From assembly GCA_020137815.1 (NCBI GenBank), contig CM035350.1, forward strand, positions 10,457,410-10,521,409: a stretch of 64,000 nt of DNA, read 5' to 3'. Below, piece by piece: positions 12,362 through 50,099 of the stretch; the first letter of the stretch is position 1; the number at the start of each line of letters is the position of its first letter. A program made the translations under genes and the position numbers. The stretch comes from Hormiphora californensis (lineage: Eukaryota > Animalia > Ctenophora). The notes beneath the pieces are model-generated. The model saw nothing but the letters and a program-made list of their open reading frames with translations. It was not told the origin of the DNA and searched no databases.

Positions 12362-12536
12362 GTGGAAGCTCTTACGGTATTTCCCACGCCCCGGCCCCCG
12401 TAGGAAAGTTTTTGACCGTGGGAAAATGTTCGAAACCATGGGAAAAGAGAGATACATACAATAACTAGTTAGTTATTGTATGTATCTACTATCTCTCTTT
12501 TCCCACGGTTCGAAAACTTTCCGTAAGAGCTTCCAC
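12362..12536. mobile_element. MITE with TA TSD
   Basis: TA-GTGGAAGCTCTTACGG...CCGTAAGAGCTTCCAC-TA, with an internal palindrome. Confidence 0.8.
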
Positions 12537-13203
12537 TAAAGTCTTAAAACGGCCATCTTGGATTTAGACCGCTCGCGCTGTTCGTTTACCAAGCGCGCGT
12601 CGATTCGAAATGCTAAACCGCGCGGCTCGTAATGGCCTCGTAACTCAACAAAATAAGCGCGATCCATTGTTGACGCAATCTTAAAAACTCGTCACGCACT
12701 AAATAGTAAATACGATTAATGATCTTCCTTTTTCCTCCGTTTTTGTGAAACTGGGACTTATCACCCAGACGTGTAGTTGTGGGGAATGGTAACTACTAGT
12801 TACCATGATACCTTCACCCGCATTTTCAGACAATTGCAAACTCGTGGCTAAAAGTAGAATATTAAAAACGCCGTATAAACATAAATATCCATATCCTAAC
12901 ATCACTCATCAGCACCATTCACCATACCCCTTTTTGTTAGTGCCCCAATGACGGTACAGCCAGACAGTCTTGGTCTAAACTGTAATATAGGCGAAGGTAA
13001 AATAGCTCTCACTTTAGTACTTCACGCGCACCCAACGTACAATGCATTATGAGAATGATATGTATATGAGTGGTAAAATATAAACTGCTCTATGCATGAT
13101 AAAAATCACAAACACATCTGATAGACCTAGTTAATATAGCTAGTATCGTATATTATAGGGCACCCCAATCTATACCAGTCTTTCAGCGTGTAGTTTCCCA
13201 CTG

Positions 13204-37919
<24,716 letters not shown>

Positions 37920-38302
37920 GTCTCTCCACTATCCACTACTACTATAACACTAGGTCAACAAGGTGAACAGGTGCAGGGGGAGGTTGTTATTGGCCTGCTA
38001 CTTTGTTACACATCCTACAGGCTGTACAAACATTGTGCAGGGTGTTTATTTAGAGTGACAACCAAGGTGTAGAATTGAATTGGTTAGTTCAGGAATTAAA
38101 TCGGTTAAAATTATTAAAATACAGCACAAAAAGATCAAATAGCACTTTACAACCTAACTCTCATTCTGAATGATTATACCCAATATGTTATGTTAATAAA
38201 AAGTGAACTGTGGTAGAGATGTAGTGAGTGTATTAATAAAATCCCATTTAGTTGGTTACTAAGCAACATAATACAGGTTACTAAGCAACATAATACAGTG
38301 TT

Positions 38303-41300
38303 CTACTTGGCTCCACCAGGTGGTTTCACATGTCCAATGTATTCGGAGAAAGAAATCAGTCCATCATTATTTGGGTCGAAATCTTTCAATGTCAGATCAA
38401 CAATCTCTGGGGAGGGGGGTTGCCAAGTTAGACTGTTAGTACAAAACAATCTCTGGGGAGGAGGGGGTGTAAGAAATCAGTATGATAATATGTTTTATGA
38501 AATAACCAATGAGGAGTACCTAATAGGTACTAGTAGTACTACTACCTATCCAGCAACTGCAATGACCAGTACCTGCATAAGTCTTCAAATCCTTCTCGTA
38601 CTGTTCGTCTGTGTACTCTCCATCCACTTTCTTGGCTCGGTGGTCACCAAATGAGTTTAGCAACTCCAATCCATCCAAGAAACCTGTCAATATAAAATAT
38701 AATGTAATAGTGACGTCACATGTAAATAGTGACGTCACATGTAAATAGTGGTCACATGTAGAGGACTAGGCATGTGTGTCGGACAATGTCTGCAGCTCAG
38801 GGGGGAGGGTCTATTAGGCACGTGTCGGACAATGTCTGCAGCTTGACAAGGGGGGGGGGGTCTATTAGGCATGTAACGGGCAACTGGGATACATCTAACG
38901 GACAGTGTCTCCACCTCAGGGGGAGTGAACCTCCACCTCAGGGGGGGGAGGGGGTCTACTTACCATCTTTATCTTTATCGTGGGGGGGGGGGGTCTACTT
39001 ACCATCTTTATCTTTATCGTGGGGGGGGTCTACTTACCATCTTTATCTTTATCGTGGGGGGGGGGGGGGGTCTACTTACCATCTTTATCTTTATCGTGGG
39101 GGGGGGGTCTACTTACCATCTTTATCTTTATCGTGGGGGGGGGGGGTCTACTTACCATCTTATCTTTATCGTGGGGGGGGGGGTCTACTTACCATCTTTA
39201 TCTTTATCGTGGGGGGGGGGGTCTACTTACCATCTTTATCTTTATCGTGGGGGGGGGGTCTACTTACCATCTTTATCTTTATCGTGGGGGGGGGTCTACT
39301 TACCATCTTTATCTTTATCGTGGGGGGGGGTCTACTTACCATCTTTATCTTTATCGTGGGGGGGGGGGTCTACTTACCATCTTTATCTTTATCGTGGGGG
39401 GGGGGTCTACTTACCATCTTTATCTTTATCGTGGGGGGGGGGTCTACTTACCATCTTTATCTTTATCGTGGGGGGGGGGGGTCTACTTACCATCTTTATC
39501 TTTATCGTGGGGGGGGTCTACTTACCATCTTTATCTTTATCGTGGGGGGGGGGGGTCTACTTACCATCTTTATCTTTATCGTGGGGGGGGGTCTACTTAC
39601 CATCTTTATCTTTATCGTGGGGGGGGGGTCTACTTACCATCTTTATCTTTATCTGGGGGGGGGGTCTACTTACCATCTTTATCTTTATCGTGGGGGGGTC
39701 TACTTACCATCTTTATCTTTATCGTGGGGGGGGGGGGTCTACTTACCATCTTTATCTTTATCGTGGGGGGGGGGGTCTACTTACCATCTTTATCTTTATC
39801 GTGGGGGGGGGGGGGGTCTACTTACCATCTTTATCTTTATCGTGGGGGGGGGGGTCTACTTACCATCTTTATCTTTATCGTGGGGGGGGTCTACTTACCA
39901 TCTTCATCTTTATCGTGGGGGGGGGGTCTACTTACCATCTTTATCTTTATCGTGGGGGGGGGGGTCTAGTTACCATCTTTATCTTTATCGTGGGGGGGCG
40001 GGTCTACTTACCATCTTTATCTTTATCGTGGGGGGGGGTCTACTTACCATCTTTATCTTTATCGTGGGGGGGGGGGGGGGGTCTACTTACCATCTTTATC
40101 TTTATCGTGGGGGGGTCTACTTACCATCTTTATCTTTATCGTGGGGGGGGGTCTACTTACCATCTTTATCTTTATCGTGGGGGGGGTCTACTTACCATCT
40201 TTATCTTTATCGTGGGGGGGGGGGGGTCTACTTACCATCTTTATCTTTATCGTGGGGGGGGGGTCTACTTACCATCTTTATCTTTATCGTGGGGGGGGGG
40301 GGGTCTACTTACCATCTTTATCTTTATCGTGGGGGGGTCTACTTACCATCTTTATCTATATCTGGGGGGGGGGTCTACTTACCATCTTTATCTTTATCGT
40401 GGGGGGGGGTCTACTTACCATCTTTATCTTTATCGTGGGGGGGGGGGGTCTACTTACCATCTTTATCTTTATCGTGGGGGGGGGGGGTCTACTTACCATC
40501 TTTATCTTTATCGTGGGGGGGGGGTCTACTTACCATCTTTATCTTTATCGTGGGGGGGGTCTACTTACCATCTTTATCTTTATCGTGGGGGGGGGGGTCT
40601 ACTTACCATCTTTATCTTTATCGTGGGGGGGGTCTACTTACCATCTTTATCTTTATCGTGGGGGGGGGTCTACTTACCATCTTTATCTTTATCGTGGGGG
40701 GGGGTCTACTTACCATCTTTATCTTTATCGTGGGGGGGGGTCTACTTACCATCTTTATCTTTATCGTGGGGGGGGGGGGTCTACTTACCATCTTTATCTT
40801 TATCGTGGGGGGGGGGGGTCTACTTACCATCTTTATCTTTATCGTGGGGGGGGGGGGTCTACTTACCATCTTTATCTTTATCGTGGGGGGGGGGTCTACT
40901 TACCATCTTTATCTTTATCGTGGGGGGGGTCTACTTACCATCTTTATCTTTATCGTGGGGGGGGTCTACTTACCATCTTTATCTTTATCGTGGGGGGGGG
41001 GTCTACTTACCATCTTTATCTTTATCGTGGGGGGGGGGGGGGTCTACTTACCATCTTTATCTTTATCGTGGGGGGGGTCTACTTACCATCTTTATCTTTA
41101 TCGTGGGGGGGGGGGTCTACTTACCATCTTTATCTTTATCGTGGGGGGGGGGTCTACTTACCATCTTTATCTTTATCGTGGGGGGGGGGGTCTACTTATC
41201 ATCTTTATCTTTATCGTGGGGGGGTCTACTTACCATCTTTATCTTTATCGTGGGGGGGGGTCTACTTACCATCTTTATCTTTATCATGGGGGGGGGGTCT

Positions 41301-42487
41301 ACTTACCATCTTTATCTTTATCGTGGGGGGGGGGGGTCTACTTACCATCTTTATCTTTATCGTGGGGGGGGTCTACTTACCATCTTTATCTTTATCGTGG
41401 GGGGGGGGGGGTCTACTTACCATCTTTATCCTTATCGTGGGGGGGGGGGTCTACTTACCATCTTTATCTTTATCGTGGGGGGGTCTACTTACCATCTTTA
41501 TCTTTATCGTGGGGGGGGGGTCTACTTACCATCTTTATCTTTATCGTGGGGGGGGGGGTCTACTTACCATCTTTATCTTTATCTGGGGGGGGGGTCTACT
41601 TACCATCTTTATCTTTATCGTGGGGGGGGGGGGGTCTACTTACCATCTTTATCTTTATCGTGGGGGGGGGGGTCTACTTACCATCTTCATCTTTATCGTG
41701 GGGGGGGGGGTCTACTTACCATCTTTATCTTTATCGTGGGGGGGGGGGTCTACTTACCATCTTTATCTTTATCGTGGACGTTGAAATATCCAAAGTAAAC
41801 ATCATCTTCTGTTTCGATCTTTGCTCCGTCTGCAACCTCATCCAGATGTTCTTGGAGATGCCTGTACAGATATATATGTGAGATGCCTGTGCAGATATAT
41901 GTGAGATATAATGTGTGGAGATGCCTGTGTGTGTGAGATATAATGTGTGGAGATGCCTGTGTGTGAGATATGATGTGTGGAGATGCCTGTGTAACAATTG
42001 TTTAAGCTATTTGTGTTTAAGGGTGATATCTAGGTAAGGGGCTCTAGGTAAACACTGTTATTGGTAAAGATGCTAGTACGTAATATGTACTACAATCTAC
42101 TTCATTACTCACACATGGGTAATTTGTCAGACGTCAGTATAATAAGGATTTCCTTGTCTGTCTACATGTCTCCACGTGTTGCACATATTTGGTCATGTCT
42201 CCAGGTGTTGTCCATATTTGGTCATGTCACATGTGTGTTGTCCATATTTGGATATGTCTCCACGTGTTGTCCATATTTGGATATGTCTCCAGGTGTTGTC
42301 CATATTTGGTCATGTCTCCAGGTGTTGTCCATATTTGGTCATGTCACATGTGTGTTGTCATGGTAACCTACTCCTTCATATGTTCATCTTGAGGGTCCAC
42401 ATGAAATGAATCTGGGCCATGTCCATGAGAGAATACACATGTAGTAGTGTACAGTACCAGTAGTATCACAGTACAGTATGGTCCCAT
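38303..42487 (-). CDS. MCFD2: MCFD2-like secretory-pathway protein with two EF-hands, 4 exons
   Basis: Exons 42487-42372, 41861-41758, 38683-38573, 38406-38303, all phase-compatible. Signal peptide, EHLQEHL, YFNVHDKDKDGFLDGLEL, DFDPNNDGLISFSEY. Confidence 0.85.
38951..41777. repeat. ~37-bp donor-site array in MCFD2 intron 2 (~75 copies)
   Basis: TCTACTTACCATCTTTATCTTTATCGT plus a variable G-run; minus strand reads ACGATAAAGATAAAGATG|GTAAGTAGA. Confidence 0.97.
42164..42362. repeat. ~29-bp minisatellite in MCFD2 intron 1
   Basis: Variants of CATGTCTCCAGGTGTTGTCCATATTTGGT. Confidence 0.9.
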
Positions 42488-42810
42488 TGCTAGATAGATG
42501 ATTTGGGGAGATTTATAAACAAGATCAGTACATGACAAAAAGATGAAGGACAGAAAATTAAAATAATTCCAAATGTTAAAATGAGACATCAATTTCATAA
42601 CTAGATATTCTAAGTAAAAAACAACTTCATTCATAAAAATTATCGATTTCTAATCAATGCATGCATAAAAAGATAATATTTCTGAGTTTCCTATTTAGTT
42701 CTCCCGTTGTCACTAAATCCTCTCGATAAAGGTTGTTAGGTCAGCCACAACTCCAGCCGTGTTATCGATATGGTAACCATGGTAACCTATAACACTTGTT
42801 GCCAGGGTAA

Positions 42811-45616
42811 CTAAATCCTCTCGATAAAGGTTGTTAGGTCAGCAACTACTCCAGCCATGTTATCGATATGACAGAAATGTCCCCCTGTCCCGTGGTAGTG
42901 GAATCTGTGAAAATGGCGATTAAAGATCAAAATGAAGCTGCTAATAGAGTCAACACAATTCTTTAGATCTACAAACTATTATTACTCACTGTTCAATTCT
43001 CTCGATATGGTAACCATGGTAACATATACAATATAACTCACTGTGCTATTTTTCAATTCTCTCGATATGGTAACCATGGTAACCTATACAATATAACTCA
43101 CTGTGCAATGTTTCAATTCTCTCGATATGGTAACCATGGTAACCTATACAATATAACTCACTGTGCAATGTTTCAATTCTCTCGATATGGTAACCATGGT
43201 AACCTATTCAATATAACTCACTGTGCAATGTTTCAATTCTCTCGATATGGTAACCATGGTAACCTATACAATATAATTCACTGTGCTATGTTTCAATTCT
43301 CTCGATATGGTAACGATGGTAACGGTATACAATATAACTCACTGTGCAATGTTTCAATTCTCTCGATATGGTAACCATGGTAACCTATACAATATAACTC
43401 ACTGTGCTATGTTTCAATTCTCTCGATATGGTAACGATGGTAACGGTATACAATATAACTCACTGTGCAATGTTTCAATTCTCTCGATATGGTAACCATG
43501 GTAACCTATACAATATAACTCACTGTGCAATGTTTCCAAACGATGCTCCAGAAACAAACTTGGTGACATGGAATATTTCATTCGGGAAGTTCGATACCGC
43601 CACAGGGACGTTCTTTATGTAGGAAGCTTTGAAGAAACCCATGTCCCTCCAATAAAACTCATTGTAGATCCTGGGGGATAATTAGTTCAATTAGAGCAGT
43701 AATTAGTTCAGTAATTAGAGCAGTAATTATAGGATCTTGTAATTACCTCATGGACACTTGTGCTGTTCGAGTGCACCAAAAGACAGCTAACATTGCACAG
43801 ATGTTATCCATCCCAAACAACCCAATGCCCTCATCCAGGGTTCTCTCAATAGTGGATTGGGGGTCTCGGGGGGAGGATGCTAGGGAGAAACAAGTTCCAA
43901 TCCATCCAATCAGACCAGTAGGAGAGTCAGCATATCCATATCCTATCGAGTCACCCATAACACTTTGGGCGTGGAAATATGCCATCTGCTTGTACATCCT
44001 GTAATGTAATTAATTGGTTAATTAATTAATTGGTTAATTAATTGATTAATTAATTGATGATACCACCATGGTGTGGCTGATACTACCCTGAATTTAGTAC
44101 AATAGACTAAAGACATGATTTATCATTGCATATCTCACCTTGTAGATAGACCCCCTATTGGGTGCATGAAGTTCTCCTCTTTTTTACTTGTATACACAAG
44201 GCCAGGTAGTACTGTTCCTATTGCAGTTTGCAGGATAGCACGGACACCTAGTAGGGTGGGGTTACCATGGTTACCTATATAGTAGAGTGGGGTTACCATG
44301 GTTACCTATATAGTAGGGTGAGGTACCATGGTTACCTATATAGTAGGGTGGGGTTACCATGGTTACCTATATAGTAGGGTGGGTTTACCATGGTTACCTA
44401 TAGCACGGACACCTATATAGTAGGGTGAGGTTACCATGGTTACCTATATAGTAGGGTGGGGTTACCATGGTTACCTATATAGTAGGGTGGGGTTACCATA
44501 GTTACCTATAGCACTTGTTGCCATGGAAACCTATAGCACGTGTAGCCATGGTAACCTATAGAACTTGTTGCCATGGTAACCTATAACACTTGTTGCCATG
44601 GTAACCCATAGCACTTGTTGCCATGGTAACCCATAGCACTTGTTGCCATGGTAACCTACCAGTAGAGACTCTGTTCATGGTGATGTGAAGTCCAATCACT
44701 TGTTCAGGATACATGGTTGTCAGGAGCTGTCCTATGATGGAACCCCAGTCCCCGCCGTGAACCTGTAGAATGTCATCACTTAGCAAATTGTAAAATGCAG
44801 GCCCAGTTTACCAATATAACTTACCACATATTTGGTGTACCCCAAACGTTTCATGAGAGTTGAGTAAACAGCTGCGATAACCATGGGAGATACCCCGGGA
44901 ACTGTTGGAGTGGCAGTGAACCCCAGACCAGGCAGACTCGGGGCGACAACGGTATAACCTGAAGCAGTGCATTATATTACTACAATAACTAGGCAGACTA
45001 GGGGTTTTAAGTTTTGCAGTGGATTAACAATGTGATTTCAAAAGGATTTCTCTTGCACATGATACCTTGTTTTAGCAGGAGAGGTATAGATCTATGAAAT
45101 TCTACAATTGTGCTAGGCCATCCATGTAGCAGCAGGATAGGTTGGTGCTTCTTCGAATCTTTCCCTTCCATGTGCACGAAGTGTAGAGTGACATCTCCAA
45201 TAGCAGTTTTGTAGTGATTGAATCCAGTGAGTGTGTCCGTTATTGTAGAGAAGGAACACTTCTCAGTGAAGTAATCAGCAACTTTATCAACATAGGAGAA
45301 GGGAGTTCCATAGCAGGAGGGGCCTTGCAAAGTTCGATCTACAATCCTCTCCCTCAATCGCCCTGGAATGATGCAATGTTATTCTGATACTAATTACTTG
45401 ACCTAACTTACGTTTCATGTCCTCAACTCTCTCAACAGTAACAGTAGTCAAGGGATCGAATTCTTCAATGGGGGAATCACACCAAGAGTTGGCTCGATCA
45501 AGGACTTCTTGTAGCCTTTTAGCGCAGGCTCGTTCTGTTTTCTTCTTCTTCAGGTAAATCAACAAGCCGACCAACATAACGAGGCCAATTAGCCATGACG
45601 GAATACAGCACAACAT
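42811..45616 (-). CDS. EPHX1: Microsomal epoxide hydrolase (EPHX1/JHEH-like alpha/beta hydrolase), 8 exons
   Basis: Exons 45616-45412, 45362-45066, 44958-44825, 44762-44660, 44247-44139, 43998-43747, 43670-43524, 42904-42811. N-terminal TM anchor, LLHGWP, APSLPG.GF, GGDWG nucleophile, DSP.GL..WI, FPNE, GGHF. Confidence 0.92.
42984..43536. repeat. 60-bp donor-site array at EPHX1 exon 7 (~9 copies)
   Basis: Minus-strand AAACATTGCACA|GTGAGTTATATTGTATAGGTTACCATGGTTACCATATCGAGAGAATTG. Confidence 0.95.
44248..44659. repeat. 31-bp and ~25-bp minisatellites filling EPHX1 intron 4
   Basis: TAGTAGGGTGGGGTTACCATGGTTACCTATA and GCACTTGTTGCCATGGTAACCTATA units. Confidence 0.92.
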
Positions 45617-45830
45617 ACTTGGGAGGGGCCAAAGTTGAAAATAAATTGTTATGGAAAATAATACTCATATCTACAATAAAATAGATATACATTTATGATC
45701 CACTTTAAAAGTGTATACACGTATTTATATTCAGGCCGATGTTGGCCGCCACGGGCCACCCCCACTTTTTGTCTGTTTGTGAAACTTTCATGGATCAGAT
45801 CTCGATACCTCCACTGTGTTTTGGGCTTGT

Positions 45831-46070
45831 TTTGGCTCTCACGCTTTTGTTTCTTGACCAATTTCGTCGATCAAAAGTTTTAAAGTCGGATTTTTTGAAG
45901 TTGTCACCCCCCTTTTCACGTGCGGCGTCGTATTTGCGTGTGAAAGCCCCCACTTCCTCTCACTTTTCGGCAAAAAGCCGCATTATATCATCGAAAAGAG
46001 CATAATTTTGTGAGTCCGTAAACTTTTTGTTTAACGAAATTGGTCAAAAAACAAAGGCGTGAGAGCCAAA
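45831..46070. mobile_element. MITE-like inverted-repeat element
   Basis: TTGGCTCTCACGCTTTTGTTTCTTGACCAATTTCGT pairs with ACGAAATTGGTCAAAAAACAAAGGCGTGAGAGCCAA. Confidence 0.65.
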
Positions 46071-46261
46071 GTAAGTTTCCGGCGCGCAAAAAAAACAGGG
46101 GTCTCAGATAACAAACGCACACCACGATCGGTCACAGAGTGAACCTACAAAGTGGTACAACACCGAAGTGTCGAGAGTACCCTCGTATCCATCATGGAAC
46201 CCGGTTATTGTCGGATTGCTGTTTGAAGTATACTTCACACGAATAAACAACAAATATTACA

Positions 46262-46616
46262 AATGAAAAGTCACTCAGCAAGGTCACAGACAGCGATGGA
46301 AGGTGGGCCTATGAAGCTCTTTCTGATGTCCCTGAGAGAAATCAAAGTGCTTCTCAACAGACAAAATCGTAACCTAGTCCTGATCACCTCTGGATACTTG
46401 TCTTTGTGGCGGCCGGAGATGCGGGAAGCTAGGTGTTTTATAAGTTTTTTCAGCTTCTGGTCCTGCACCTCCTGATGTGGCCATCACAAATGGGGTGAAG
46501 GCCCCGCTTTCTGCTTCTCGGATTCGCTGCTGATAGTCCCGTTTCTTCCTACTTTCGTGCATTTTATACAGAGATTTTGGAGCTTTATCTCTGTAGCTGG
46601 GTGCGGAGGGGTGAAA
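46262..46616 (-). pseudogene. Degenerate 3' fragment of a CRE-like retrotransposon
   Basis: ESRKKRDYQQRIREAE.GAFTPFVMATSGG and RLRFCLLRSTL across a frameshift; paralogous to 47078-47430. Confidence 0.85.
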
Positions 46617-46885
46617 TACAAATACAAATATACATTTATTGTCCGCTTTTCAATGTCCATATTTTAAAGAACAACACGAGTTCTGTTAGATCTTGACTAC
46701 TAGCATCACTTGGTGCGGACTTCGTCTCACTAACTCTCGTTTCAAAAGCGGTTAGTTTTATACCAAGTGGGATCCCTGTAGTTTTCTCCACAGCCCGATT
46801 ACATATTGGCAAACACGTCATTACGAGCATCCCTAGCAAACCTATGAGCATACTCGGAAATGTTCAGGTCGAGCACATGAAATTT
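46614..46885 (-). mobile_element. Probable 3' end of another LINE
   Basis: Minus-strand AATAAA followed by a (TATTTG)n tail that truncates the CRE fragment. Confidence 0.45.
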
Positions 46886-46889
46886 TTTC

Positions 46890-47035
46890 ACTAACCCCAA
46901 CACCGATTGGCATCACTTTCCGACAGCCGAAGAGAAGCTGCCGAAGAGAGAAAGGGGGTAACCGTATGAAGAGTTAATCGCGATGAGTCTCATTCACATT
47001 GGGTTCGATCATTTGCCCCCGGTGTTGGGGTTAGT
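46890..47035. mobile_element. Short MITE
   Basis: TIR ACTAACCCCAACACCG / CGGTGTTGGGGTTAGT. Confidence 0.7.
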
Positions 47036-47036
47036 A

Positions 47037-48580
47037 ATAAATAAATAAATCTTAAAATCACTCACTCAAATAAAAAGTCAGTCAGTAAAATCACACATTG
47101 CGATGGGAGGTGGAGTCGTGAACTTTTTCCTCGTGCCCCTCAGTGAGACCAAGGTACTTCTGAGGAGACAGAACCGTATCCGCGTTCTCAAGAAATTAAT
47201 CACCTCAGCGTATTTGTCCTTGTGTTTAGTTGAGATGCGTGAAGCTAACTTTTTGATTAGTCGTCCAGCCTCTGGTCCGGAACCTCCGGAGGTAGCCATC
47301 ACAAACGGGGTGAAAGCCCCTCTCTCCGCTTCTCTGATTCGTTGTTGGTAATCACGTTTCTTCCGACTTTCATTCATTTTATACAGAGATTTTGGGTCTT
47401 TTCCTCTGTAACTGGGTGCAGTGGGATGAAAAACTGCAACGTCCACGTGGGCCCCCTGTAGTCCTCTCCATAACCCAATAGCATACACGTCACTGCGAGC
47501 ATCAGGTGCTGTATTGACACTCCGGGGGTAGTCATCTGGGTTAACTGGCTGCAACACTTTCTCAATTTCAACACCCTTGTATCCTGCATGGGTAATAATG
47601 TCTGCAAGGGTATCTCTAATCTCGTTGTGCCGCAGGATAGTAAACCCGCCAGTACTACAGCTCAGGGCATGGTCTGCCCCATTCTGTTTTCCACATACAC
47701 ATTCAGAGAACTGGCCGTTGATTTCAAAGCCATACCTGAGGCACATCGCGTCTGTGAACTCTGATTTGGATAGTTCTCTGTTGAAGATCTCCAAGGGCCG
47801 GGCAGAGAGCCAGGACGATGCTCCCGTCTCCATGTTTAGAAACAAAGTCCTGGTCCATTTTTCTTCCTCTTTACACACTGCCTCTCTTAGCGCCTTCTGT
47901 CTCTTCATCTCCTTGACACTGCATTCAAGCCTCCTCTCTGCGATTTCTTTCTCAACTTCATGTATTGTCTTCTTGTTTTCATCCAATTCAAGTATGTTTA
48001 ACACCAATGGCTCAGTGACATGCTCTGAATTTTTGTAGAAGACCGGGGCCGTCTCAACAGGATTGTCTAGACCAAGGCCTCCCTCTCTTATTGGAAGAGC
48101 AAAGATTTTCCTCTCCATATCGCTGCACGGTCTTCCTATCAGCTTAGGTATCAGTCTGTTCCTTATGGCATCTTCGAGCCTTTGAAAAGAGTCTGCCGAG
48201 TCCGGGATGGTACGCTGGAGGTACACCCATTTGAATTTCAGTGACGAGATGAAGTTCGAATAGGCGAGGTGTGGATGGCTACTGGCAATTTCAGCTAAGT
48301 TCTCAACCATGTCGCTCCACATCTCCACCTGGTCCTCAGTGTACTCCCAACTGTATTCCATGGTCCCAATCGCCGCTCCAAGATGTTTCGCACCTTCCAC
48401 CGTCAGATTTAAATCTGTGTCACTGAATAGCTCCTTAGCTCTAGTCAGATGTTCACGTTTTACCACCAGTGTAGACTTGCTCGGGTTAACATGGAAACCG
48501 TAGTGCGGCCCAATCTCCACAGCTCTGTTGTACCAGGTTAGAAGGGTCTCTATACTTCCTGCTGCATTTCCATCATCAGC
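47037..48580 (-). mobile_element. 5'-truncated CRE-clade non-LTR retrotransposon (RT C-half, CCHC, restriction-like endonuclease)
   Basis: ORF 48616-47078: ADDG, VNPSKS, HLG, LPIREGGLG, CVCG..DHALSC, RHNEIRD, RSD..VDV..E.RK; (TTTA)n tail at ~47037-47050. Confidence 0.88.
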
Positions 48581-50099
48581 ACAAGGTCGAGCACAAGGTC
48601 CGGTCAATGTCAGCACTTTTTTTCGCGCTGCGGCTCAACGGCGGTTCAACGACGCGCAGTGGTCAGACCTTGTGCTCGACCTCGTGCTCGACCTTTCATA
48701 CGACGTGCGCGCCGTGAAATCTCGCGCGAAATTCCCACAGAGTTGATCTCCGCGTCAGCCGTTTCTCCCACCAAGTCACAGACAAACAGACAAACATTCG
48801 CGCCCTGGCGTCAATTTAACAGGGCAGACGGCAGCTTGCTGATGAACAAAAACATGACATGACCAAACGGCAAACAATGTTTGAAACATTGAACCAGTAG
48901 CATCTTCCTTTTTTCGCCAGTGTAGGGAGTCAAATTATAAACATCTTTTAGTTTTATAAATAAGGTAACAAAATTAAAAATATGATAATGAATAGCATGG
49001 TAATCAGGCAATTGATAATTATAAATATAACACACAGATCCGCATTTTTCACATAAATTATGTGAACTATCAGTATCAGTTTCTCAGCTATTGAGAGAAA
49101 ATTGTTGATTAGCCGCATAATTAACGAGGAAGCTGTGTTTTCTCCTTCCGGCCGGATCTGGACCACTGACCAGCTTTATGAAATGAGTACTAGAGTATTA
49201 GACGGGTTTTAATTTTGATATCATATTGTAGAACGTAGCGTTGTTCTACAATAAAACCCTATTCAGTTCGTATCCCGACCAAAAGGAGAAAACACAACTT
49301 TCACAGTTACTTTACACCCATGAAATCTACATGTCCTCTCACCTCGACAGCTCATCACAACCACAATCACAGCCCGTATGTCGTATTATAAGCTTCGAGT
49401 ATTTTAGAATATAGAGTCCATGGCCTTTTTATGGTCTTTGTAGAGTCAAATCTTTATTAATACCAGATCCAATGTCATCGTAAGTCAGAGCAGCCACGTC
49501 ATTACGCCAATAATTGATAAGCCGGCTTCATTAGACACTAGCGTTCCCCTTGCACTGCACTTGCACTTGTAGTCCTCTATATATATATTTTTTGTAGTCC
49601 TCCACATATAGTTTTGCACTAGCAGCTCCTTCAGTTACTGAAATGGAAAAAACAATTTACAATTTAAGTTTACAATAACAGTAACACAGTTATAGTGGAT
49701 AGTACTAACACAAAACTATGGTACAACCTTGTTTAACTTGTCACAATAGTTAAGCTCTCCGCATCCGCCATCCCCGGATCGAGCACTCTACCAGGATACA
49801 AACTTCTACATCTAGCTAGTACAACCACACCCGTACACTTACTCCCTTTTCAAAGAAATATCCCCAATAACAAATGAAAATTTCATTTGTTATAGGGGAT
49901 ATTGATATTTTTATTTATAAACCCGAATAAGCTAGATAACTCGGACAGTAACAACATTACTATCTTTTCAGTGACAATTAATGTATTGAAACAGTTATAA
50001 ACACACACACATACACACGTCACAGTTCTAGTTATGCATGTCACAGCTATGAATGAAGGAAGCCGGTCAGTGGGGAATAGTGTCAGTATTACTGACGTA

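Noticed and set aside
38774-41881. Long ORFs of 1035, 957, 547 and 329 aa
   Set aside because: Translations of a stop-poor tandem repeat, open in all three frames and antisense to an MCFD2 intron.
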